A DNA stretch of 64,000 bases from Bythopirellula sp. GTDB taxonomy: Bacteria > Planctomycetota > Planctomycetia > Pirellulales > Lacipirellulaceae. Positions 31,835 to 39,743 of this stretch are shown piece after piece (position 1 is the first letter of the stretch; the number at the start of each line of letters is the position of its first letter). The notes under the pieces are model-generated. The model had not been told where the DNA came from. It saw only the letters and a program-made list of their open reading frames with translations, and did no database searches. Where the stretch lies: positions 1,920,001-1,984,000 of the forward strand of contig OZ244170.1 in assembly GCA_965216565.1 (NCBI GenBank), given 5' to 3'. The position numbers were made by a program, and so were the translations under genes.

Positions 31835-32548
31835 ATGGAACATCTGACTCTCCCACATTTCTTTCTCCATCTAGGCAATGTGCTCTACCTATGTGCCTAT
31901 TCGGTGCGAGATATCCTGTGGTTGCGCATTCTGATGGTCGTGGCCATGTTTTCGTTGCTGCCCTATTACTATTGCTGTTCTACAACTCCGCTCTACGAAG
32001 CGATCATCTGGCAATCGATTTTTATCACCGTCAATCTTATTCAAATCGCGCTGTTGATTCTTGAAAGACGGCCCGTATTTCTGGGTGAAGAAGAAATGCG
32101 GTTATACCGTACAGTTTTCAGTTCGCTGGCGCCGCGCGAATTCGTCAAGCTAGTAGGTATCGCCGAGTGGAAGCACGCCAAGGAAGGCGATATTCTGCTT
32201 CGGCAGGATGAGAAGGTGTCGCAACTAGCTTTGATTTCCACCGGTCGTGCTGGTGTCGAACTCGATGGTCGCCACATTGCCGAAGTCGGCCCAAGTCAAT
32301 TCGTTGGCGAAATGGGATTCCTTACCGAAGAGCCTGCCAGCGCCAATGTCGTCGCCCGACTCCCAATGGATTATCTTTGCTGGCCGGTGCCTACACTCCG
32401 CGAGTTTCTCCGAGACAATCCGCAGATACATGTCAAAGTTCAGGGAATCTTAGGTACTGATCTCGTTGAAAAGTTGCGTCGCGAAGGTTTTTCGGCGGCG
32501 CACCCTTCAAAGATCATGAACATGTACCAAAAGGGTGAGTTAGAATAG
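31835..32548 (+). CDS. Popeye-like 3-TM protein with cyclic-nucleotide-binding domain
   Basis: AYSVRDILWLR and three TM helices resembling the POPDC N-terminus; cNMP domain with FVGEMGFL...ASANV. Confidence 0.8.
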   Translation: MEHLTLPHFFLHLGNVLYLCAYSVRDILWLRILMVVAMFSLLPYYYCCSTTPLYEAIIWQSIFITVNLIQIALLILERRPVFLGEEEMRLYRTVFSSLAPREFVKLVGIAEWKHAKEGDILLRQDEKVSQLALISTGRAGVELDGRHIAEVGPSQFVGEMGFLTEEPASANVVARLPMDYLCWPVPTLREFLRDNPQIHVKVQGILGTDLVEKLRREGFSAAHPSKIMNMYQKGELE

Positions 32549-32637
32549 CCGGCTAAGTGTTCTGCTAACTTGCCTGCCCTTCCCAGTAAAACGGCAGACC
32601 GTCTTCGTATTCTTACCATTTCAAGGGATAAACGGCC

Positions 32638-33666
32638 ATGCGAACTCCTTCACTCTTTGCTGCTGTGTTTGTTGCGTTGCAGTTGGGTTCCTATTCCTCA
32701 GCGAAACCCTCTGAGCCAACACCGGCCAGCATTGTTGCCAATGTCGTCGAAGCGGCAGAGAACTTGCTCGATTCGTTAGATGAATCGCAGCAGGAACAGA
32801 TTCTCTACGATTTCGACGATAAGGAGCAGCGCGAGCGTTGGTCGAATCTGCCCACGAGCATGGTCAAGAGGGGCGGAATTCCCTGGGCAGACTTAGACGA
32901 CACACAGCAACAGGCTTTATTGCAACTGATCAAGACTACGCTCAGCGAAGCTGGTTATCGGCAAGTGATCGAAAACGTCGATGGCGACGAATATCTGAGA
33001 GAACATGGCGGCCGAGCTGATTTTGGCTGGCACGAATTCTATATTTCTCTGCTGGGCAAACCGTCCACGTCCGAACCCTGGATGTGGCAATTTGGCGGTC
33101 ACCACCTGGCCATCAACGCAACGATTGTCGGCGACCGGATTACACTTGCTCCCACCCTGACCGGTGGTCAGCCAATGGAATACCAGGTCGATGGCAATCA
33201 GGTGCGGCAAATGGCCGAGGAGCAAGACCAGGCATTCGAGCTTATCGGTTCCCTAACCCCCGAGCAGCTCAGGCAGACCGTTCTTGCCGACCGACATACA
33301 AAAATGATTTTCGGTCCTGGTAAGGACGGTGTAAAACCCAAACAGGAAGGTATCTCAGCTTCGGCACTCAACGAGTCTCAACGCAAGCTGCTGCTGCAAT
33401 TAATCGGCTCGCGCGTGCGAATGCTTAATGACGTCCATGCAAAACTTCGCATGAATCGGATCGAGAACGATCTGGGGGACACATGGTTCGCTTGGTTTGG
33501 CCCCACGACGCCAGGCAGTGCGGCAACCTATCGCATTCAAGGTCCGACGGTCTTGATCGAATATGCTCCACAACGCATGGGCAAAGACGCCACCGACCAC
33601 GTTCATGCCATGTATCGCGATCCGACCAATGACTATGGGGCTGGGCTGATTGCCAAGGAACCTTAG
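32638..33666 (+). CDS. DUF3500 family secreted protein
   Basis: Signal peptide; WSNLP, WQFGGHHLAIN, YRIQGP, HVHAMYRDPTNDYG. Confidence 0.85.
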   Translation: MRTPSLFAAVFVALQLGSYSSAKPSEPTPASIVANVVEAAENLLDSLDESQQEQILYDFDDKEQRERWSNLPTSMVKRGGIPWADLDDTQQQALLQLIKTTLSEAGYRQVIENVDGDEYLREHGGRADFGWHEFYISLLGKPSTSEPWMWQFGGHHLAINATIVGDRITLAPTLTGGQPMEYQVDGNQVRQMAEEQDQAFELIGSLTPEQLRQTVLADRHTKMIFGPGKDGVKPKQEGISASALNESQRKLLLQLIGSRVRMLNDVHAKLRMNRIENDLGDTWFAWFGPTTPGSAATYRIQGPTVLIEYAPQRMGKDATDHVHAMYRDPTNDYGAGLIAKEP

Positions 33667-33789
33667 GCTTTCGCTTCGACAGGAGTGAACTGCATGTTCG
33701 ACTCCGCGCTATCGTGAAGTTAGAACATTAGAAACATGGCGGGACCCTTGTTCAGAAGTTACTAACTGATCCTATCGCCGTCATTACTC

Positions 33790-35088
33790 ATGGAACTGCA
33801 AACTCCAATCTCCGCTGACCCCACCGATCGCATTCAGGCAATCGTGGACTCTCTGCTCGGCGCTGCTGCTCGTGAGGGAGAACTGGCGGTAGCCTGGGCT
33901 CGGCTAGTGCTGGGCATCGCAGTGACCGTCATGTGGCCGATTGTCCATGGCGACAACATCCTGAACCTAGTACCGCGTGCTGTGGCAGTATTCGTCCTCG
34001 GTCTGCTTGGCCTGCTTTGGACACTCTGGGTGTTCTACCGACTACGTAACGCTACTCCGACGCCCCCATTGATTTATACCTCCATCACCATTGATGCGCT
34101 ACTCATTAACACCTTAGCTCTGATGTATGTGATGGCCCCCGGCCCGACTCACCAAAGCATTGCTGAAGTACACGGGGTGTCATTCGTCTACTTGGCCATT
34201 ATCACAGCGGGAGTACGCCTATCACCCGCCGCAGCCTACTATGGAGCCGTGCTAAATAGCGCCCTACTTATCGCACTGGCTATAGCCAGCACCATCCAAG
34301 TGAATGATCCTACCATTATGGGTTGGGCCGAGTGGATCACTATCGGCATAGGTCTAATAGGTTCAACTCTGCTTGGCGTAACAGTAGCCACTCGTACGAG
34401 CCGTTTGGTCCAACAGTCAGCCACAGAAACGCTCACCTCAGAAACCGCACGCACCCGACTGGGGGCTTACATATCGCCAGAAGTGGCCAGGATAGTCCTA
34501 CAGGAATCGGAGCTACGCCTAGGAGGCCAGCGACAAAATGTAGCAGTACTGTTTTCAGATCTTCGCGGATTCAGCAGTTACTCCGAAACACTCGAACCAG
34601 AAAACATCGTCGAGCAACTCAACAGCTACATGAGCGCCATGGTCGACACGATCTCTCGGAACGGTGGAATCGTCGATAAATTCATGGGCGATGGCATCAT
34701 GGCCGTTTTCGGTGCGCCGGTTTCAAAGTCCGGCGATGCCGATCGCGCCGTTACCTGTGCCCTGGCCATGATGGAAGCTATTGAGCGACACAATCAGACG
34801 CGAATGAACGACGGTTTACCTCGTTTGCGGCATGGCATCGGTGTGCATTTTGGGCCAGTGGTCGCGGGAAACGTGGGCACATCGGAACGGACAGCTTATA
34901 CGGTGATTGGCGATACAGTGAACGTGGCCAGCAGACTGGAGGCGATGACAAAACGACTCGAAACAGACATTGCCATTAGCCAGCAGACAATCGACGCGTG
35001 CTCGCAAGAACACAACCTGCGAAAGATCGACGAGGTTCATGTCCCCGGCCGGGAAGCTGCCGTAACAGTTTACGGTCCTCCTAGATAA
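33790..35088 (+). CDS. Membrane-bound class III adenylate cyclase
   Basis: About 6 TM helices; VLFSDLRGF, VDKFMGDG, YTVIGDTVNVASRLE; the Lys/Thr pair is typical of ATP-specific class IIIb enzymes. Confidence 0.93.
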   Translation: MELQTPISADPTDRIQAIVDSLLGAAAREGELAVAWARLVLGIAVTVMWPIVHGDNILNLVPRAVAVFVLGLLGLLWTLWVFYRLRNATPTPPLIYTSITIDALLINTLALMYVMAPGPTHQSIAEVHGVSFVYLAIITAGVRLSPAAAYYGAVLNSALLIALAIASTIQVNDPTIMGWAEWITIGIGLIGSTLLGVTVATRTSRLVQQSATETLTSETARTRLGAYISPEVARIVLQESELRLGGQRQNVAVLFSDLRGFSSYSETLEPENIVEQLNSYMSAMVDTISRNGGIVDKFMGDGIMAVFGAPVSKSGDADRAVTCALAMMEAIERHNQTRMNDGLPRLRHGIGVHFGPVVAGNVGTSERTAYTVIGDTVNVASRLEAMTKRLETDIAISQQTIDACSQEHNLRKIDEVHVPGREAAVTVYGPPR

Positions 35089-35093
35089 AGACT

Positions 35094-36404
35094 CTAACAA
35101 CTCTTGGCTAAACGAATTCCGGAGAATTGCCAACGGGCTTCGGGGGGAAAGAAGTTGCGGTAGGTTGCTCGGATATGATCGGAGCTCGTAGCCACGGACC
35201 CGCCGCGGAGTACGTACTGGTTGCACATGAATTTCCCGTTGTATTCCCCCAAGGCTCCTTCGACGGCTTGGTAGCCCGGGTAAGGTGTGTAGGGGCTCGC
35301 GGTCCACTCCCAACAGTTGCCAAACATGCTCATAGGCTGGCACTTCTCCTCTACCGAATGGAGAGAGACCTGAGGGCTGGTTGGATGAACGGCCCGATCC
35401 TCGGCCAGCAAAGTATCAGCAAAGTTTCCTTTCCTCGGCAAGCCCTCCGCGGCAGATTCCCACTCAGCTTCTGTCGGCAGTCGGCAACCGGCCCAACGGG
35501 CGTAGGCATCGGCTTCGAAGTAGCTGATGTGCGTCACCGGGGCACTCTCGTCAAGCGCCCTGGGCCCCGCGAGAGTGAATTCAAACCACTTGCCGTCGCG
35601 CTGCCACCAATAAAGCGGTTGCTGATGCTTCAGCTCTTTCGCAAAGTGCCAACCGAGGGAAAGCCACAACTCGGGACGCGTGTAGCCACCATCGGCTATG
35701 AAATTCAGTAACTCGCCACTAGTTACTGGCCTCTGAGAAATAGCAAACGGTTCGAGAAAAACACGATGGCGAGGTGATTCGTTGTCGAACGAAAAACCAT
35801 CCCCTTCCTGACCCACCGCGTACAGGCCTTCGTCAAACTCTAGCCAATGCTGGTCAACGACAGAGGATCCTTCCGATTTTGCAGTCGGTTCACGATAGAC
35901 GGGTAAAAGTGGATTCAGAGAGAACAAGTGCTTCAGGTCAGTGAGAATCAACTCCTGATGCTGCTGTTCGTGGTGCAATCCAATTTCGACAATCTGAGCT
36001 AGCTCTTCGTCACTCGCAATCTTATCGAAGATCGCTGTCATCTCACGATCTACATGCTCACGGTAATCGAGCACCTGGTCGAGGGTTGGTCGAGATAGCA
36101 ATCCACGTTGGGCACGAGGAAACTGTTCGCCGACCGTATTGTAGTAGGAGTTAAACAGCACTTCGTAGTGTTCGTCGAACACTCGATATTGGGGACTGCG
36201 CTTCAGCAGGAAGGTCTCGAAAAACCAGCTCGTGTGGGCTAGATGCCAACGCACGGGGCTGGCATCGGGCATCGACTGCAAACAGCAATCCTCGGGACCC
36301 AGGGTTTCGCACAATTTGGCGGTAAAACAACGCACCTGCTGATATCGCTGGGCAAGCGTTGCAGGGGAGGAAGTCGCAAGAGTTTCACTAAGCGTGCTCA
36401 TCAT
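35094..36404 (-). CDS. egtB: Ergothioneine biosynthesis sulfoxide synthase EgtB
   Basis: DASPVRWHLAH, HEQQHQE iron ligands, FNSYY, FGE-sulfatase-like C-domain, YRNFFPPEARWQFSGIRLA. Confidence 0.95.
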   Translation of the reverse strand: MMSTLSETLATSSPATLAQRYQQVRCFTAKLCETLGPEDCCLQSMPDASPVRWHLAHTSWFFETFLLKRSPQYRVFDEHYEVLFNSYYNTVGEQFPRAQRGLLSRPTLDQVLDYREHVDREMTAIFDKIASDEELAQIVEIGLHHEQQHQELILTDLKHLFSLNPLLPVYREPTAKSEGSSVVDQHWLEFDEGLYAVGQEGDGFSFDNESPRHRVFLEPFAISQRPVTSGELLNFIADGGYTRPELWLSLGWHFAKELKHQQPLYWWQRDGKWFEFTLAGPRALDESAPVTHISYFEADAYARWAGCRLPTEAEWESAAEGLPRKGNFADTLLAEDRAVHPTSPQVSLHSVEEKCQPMSMFGNCWEWTASPYTPYPGYQAVEGALGEYNGKFMCNQYVLRGGSVATSSDHIRATYRNFFPPEARWQFSGIRLAKSC

Positions 36405-37944
36405 TTTCTCCAGCAGAGAACGGACTCGATGAATTCGAGCGTAAACCGGCGGGTACGAACCACCGTTCAGCTAATTCAAATAGTATTTGCAGCAGGATCG
36501 CCAAACCGGCTGCCGGTACGGCACCCTGCATAATCAGCCCCGTATCGTTAAGGCGAATTCCGGTGAGGATTGGTTGGCCATAGCCTCGCGCACCCACTAG
36601 CGCGCCGAGCGTCGCGAATCCCACGTTCAGCACGGCGGCCGTCTTGATGCCTGCCAGAATCGAAGGCGAAGCCAGCGGCAACTCAATATGCAGTAGCCGA
36701 AACCAAGACGAGAGCCCCAGCGCGGTCGCACTCTCGGTGTATTCTTCCGAAATGGAGGCCAACCCGGTGGCGGTATTGCGGACGATCGGCAACAGACTAT
36801 ACAAGAACAGCGCAGCGACGGCCGTCGCCGAACCGGCACCAAGTGTATCGAGATTCAATTTCGCCATTGGAGCAATGAGCAAAACCAATAGGGCCAAGGC
36901 GGGAATGGTTTGCACGATTCCCACCAGTCCTAACACAACCTGCCCAAACCGAGGCAGTTTGGCGGCAATGATTCCCAGCGGGATAGCGGCGAAGATAGCC
37001 GGGATTAGCGATCGCCGCACCAGGTCGCAATGCTCCAAGGTGCGGAGCCAAATCCGTTGACCAATCGACAGGTCCTCAACCTCGGTCTTCATATCGAAAT
37101 GTTGATTCAAAAACTTCGACGCCGCCTGCGATTCGCTAGCCTCGCGGGAAGCTACCTCGGCATTCAGGTCGATAATAGTATCCGTATCGATCGAGGATTG
37201 CAGTTTCTTGATTTGCTCAACTGCCGATGGCACACGATCCTGTAGATCAGCTCGGAAGAGAACGACTGCCTCGTAGTTCGGGAAATAGTTCAAATCGTCC
37301 TTGAGCACTACCAGATCGAGCTCAGCCAATTGGGCGTCAGTGGTGTACACATCCATCGCGTCGATGACGCGGGCATCGAGCTGACGATACGCCACGTCGT
37401 GATCGAGCCCGGCCACATCTTGGTGAGGCAGACTATACTTGGTGCGAAGATTCTTCCAGCCGTCTTCACGATCCAAGAATTCGTTTCCAAATCCCAGCCG
37501 AAGTTCCGGGTGGGAAGCCAAATCCGAAATTGATTTTAGCTGATACTTTTCCGCCGTTTCGCGCCGAACTGCGATCGCATAGTTATTGCTGAATCCAAGC
37601 GACTCAGACATCTCTATACCATCGGCCAATAACAAATCATCAAGCTGCTTCGGATCGAGGTCGGACTGGTCGGCGAAGATTTCTTGAATAATGGTCCCTG
37701 TGTACTCGGGGTATATGTCGATTTCCCCCCGTTTGAGGGCATCGTACACGATGCGTGTGCCACCCAATTGCATGACGTGTGTTGCCGGCTCGTCGGTTTC
37801 GCGAATCGACTGCGTGAGGATCTCACCCAGAATCACCGATTCGGTAAATACCTTGGAAGCCACTCGCAATCCCTGTTGGCTACTGCCGCGTGGTACGACG
37901 GCCAACAGCACAAGCAGAGATAAGATGAATATGATCCGCTTCAT
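36388..37944 (-). CDS. Quaternary-amine (OpuBC/OsmF-type) ABC substrate-binding + permease fusion
   Basis: SKVFTES, YPEYTGT, GFSNNYA, VYTTD SBP motifs followed by a permease with QTIPALALL and an EAA-like loop. Confidence 0.9.
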   Translation of the reverse strand: MKRIIFILSLLVLLAVVPRGSSQQGLRVASKVFTESVILGEILTQSIRETDEPATHVMQLGGTRIVYDALKRGEIDIYPEYTGTIIQEIFADQSDLDPKQLDDLLLADGIEMSESLGFSNNYAIAVRRETAEKYQLKSISDLASHPELRLGFGNEFLDREDGWKNLRTKYSLPHQDVAGLDHDVAYRQLDARVIDAMDVYTTDAQLAELDLVVLKDDLNYFPNYEAVVLFRADLQDRVPSAVEQIKKLQSSIDTDTIIDLNAEVASREASESQAASKFLNQHFDMKTEVEDLSIGQRIWLRTLEHCDLVRRSLIPAIFAAIPLGIIAAKLPRFGQVVLGLVGIVQTIPALALLVLLIAPMAKLNLDTLGAGSATAVAALFLYSLLPIVRNTATGLASISEEYTESATALGLSSWFRLLHIELPLASPSILAGIKTAAVLNVGFATLGALVGARGYGQPILTGIRLNDTGLIMQGAVPAAGLAILLQILFELAERWFVPAGLRSNSSSPFSAGENDEHA

Positions 37945-38672
37945 GCAAGCACCGGCCTTTGTGCTTGGACAAACTTGGCGGCAAAATCATCAGCAGGATC
38001 TTCAACGAGTTCGCTAAACGTACCCTGCTGTACAATTTTGCCAGCGCGAAGCAGCGTAATGCGATCGGCCAGGAACCCTGCCTCAGCCAAATCATGTGTG
38101 ACGAGCACGACCGTCTTACCCAATTCTCGGAAGATGGTCCGCAGATCTTCCTGCAACCCAGCCCGGATCATAGGATCGAGATCACCTAGCGGTTCGTCGA
38201 GCAGCAATACATCAGGATCTAGCATTAAGGCCCGCATCAAACTGACACGTTGTCGTTGTCCGCCCGATAGTTGGCGTGGGAAACGTACCAACATGGATGC
38301 CGGCAACTGGGTTAATTCTAAAAGCTCTTCAATGCGCTGCTCGGTGCGTTCGGTCTTCCAACCCAGATAGCGAGGCATGATCGCCGCATTGTCTCGCACC
38401 GAAAGGTGAGGGAACAGACCACCCTCTTGAATCATATAGCCAATTCGCAGCCGCACTTCGCTGAGGCTACTCGGGCTAAGAGGTTGGCCATCAAACTGAA
38501 TTGTGCCCGTGTCGGGCGTCACTAGTCCCACCATCATCCGCAACAGAGTCGATTTGCCGCAGCCACTAGTTCCGATCAGAACCTGGGTCTGACCAGCAGG
38601 ACAATGAAAATCCAACTTGTCGACGGCAACATGCAAACCGTAATGTTTAGAAACCCCGTCGAGCTGAATCAT
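37941..38672 (-). CDS. ABC transporter ATPase (OpuBA/ProV-like, no CBS domains)
   Basis: GTSGCGKS, LSGGQRQR, LLLDEP, VTHD. Confidence 0.93.
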   Translation of the reverse strand: MIQLDGVSKHYGLHVAVDKLDFHCPAGQTQVLIGTSGCGKSTLLRMMVGLVTPDTGTIQFDGQPLSPSSLSEVRLRIGYMIQEGGLFPHLSVRDNAAIMPRYLGWKTERTEQRIEELLELTQLPASMLVRFPRQLSGGQRQRVSLMRALMLDPDVLLLDEPLGDLDPMIRAGLQEDLRTIFRELGKTVVLVTHDLAEAGFLADRITLLRAGKIVQQGTFSELVEDPADDFAAKFVQAQRPVLA

Positions 38673-38683
38673 TGAACTTTACG

Positions 38684-39655
38684 CTAGAGGAGTACTAAGT
38701 GAAGCAGGGCGAACAATTCATTCTCGTCGGTCCAGGACTTGCGGAGGGTTAGCCCTACCTCCGCGGCAAGTTTGGCAAAGTCTTCAATGGTGTATTTGTG
38801 CGAGTACTCGGTGATAATCTGCTCCTGCTCATCAAACCGAACCAACTCATCACAGATAGTCACGTCTTGATCACAGAGACTCGCCAGCGAGATTTCTACT
38901 CGGTTTTCGACGTGATCATAAATAGCACGATGTTCGAATTTCTCAAGATCGAAGTCGCCGTCAAGTTCTCGGTTGATATGCTGCAATAAATTCAAGTTGA
39001 ATTCGGCGGTGATGCCCTGGGAATCGTTGTAGGCCGATTCTATGACATCGATATCTTTTTGAAGATCCACACCAATCAACAACCCACCACCGCGACCACA
39101 CATATCTGCGATTTGCGAAAGCATCAGCAGAACTTCTGAACGCTGAAAGTTACCAATGGTCGATCCCGGGAAGAACACGGCCGCATGGGTCGGCGTTTTG
39201 CGTGGAGAGGGCAGGGCAAACGGCTTGGTAAAGTCGGCACAGACCGGCATGATTTCGATATGGCGGTACACTTCGGAGAGTGCTTGCGCGGTGTTGTCGA
39301 GGTGCTCACGCGAAATGTCGACAGGCACATAGGCAGCAGGCTCGATCAGTTCGTCGAGCAAAGCTCGTGTCTTTGTACTACTTCCGCTTCCGTACTCAAC
39401 CAATTGGACGCCGGCACCCAACTGTACAGCCATCTCGCTGGCATGACGCTTGATAATTTCGTCTTCTGCACGCGTTAGATAGTATTCGTCCAGCTCACAT
39501 ATTTCATCGAAAAGCTCAGAGCCCCGCTGGTCGTACAGATACTTGCAAGGCAAGCTCTTGGGGGACGATTTCAAACCAGACATAACGTCCTGGAGAAATT
39601 GCTTATTATTCGGTTTGAGGTCTATTAGCGTCGTTGCGCCATCAAAATCGTTCAT
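38684..39655 (-). CDS. egtD: L-histidine N-alpha-trimethyltransferase EgtD
   Basis: KSLPCKYLYDQRGSELF, EYYLTRAE, VEYGSGS, FPGSTIGNF, AYND, TEYSHKY. Confidence 0.94.
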   Translation of the reverse strand: MNDFDGATTLIDLKPNNKQFLQDVMSGLKSSPKSLPCKYLYDQRGSELFDEICELDEYYLTRAEDEIIKRHASEMAVQLGAGVQLVEYGSGSSTKTRALLDELIEPAAYVPVDISREHLDNTAQALSEVYRHIEIMPVCADFTKPFALPSPRKTPTHAAVFFPGSTIGNFQRSEVLLMLSQIADMCGRGGGLLIGVDLQKDIDVIESAYNDSQGITAEFNLNLLQHINRELDGDFDLEKFEHRAIYDHVENRVEISLASLCDQDVTICDELVRFDEQEQIITEYSHKYTIEDFAKLAAEVGLTLRKSWTDENELFALLHLVLL

Positions 39656-39743
39656 AACCCCGACCTACTCCTCGAAACTTGGTTTCATCAATTTTCAAAG
39701 AGACATCTTACAAGTTTCAAAGACGTTCGGGCAGTGTTTGATT

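Noticed and set aside
31835..35088. Pycsar-like anti-phage system (cyclase + cNMP/TM effector)
   Set aside because: The cyclase is multi-TM with ATP-type Lys/Thr specificity residues, is not adjacent to the effector, and there is no defence-island context
35094..39655. Selenoneine (senABC) or ovothiol (ovoA) cluster
   Set aside because: No SelD-like or glycosyltransferase gene is present, and the sulfoxide synthase has no fused C-terminal methyltransferase
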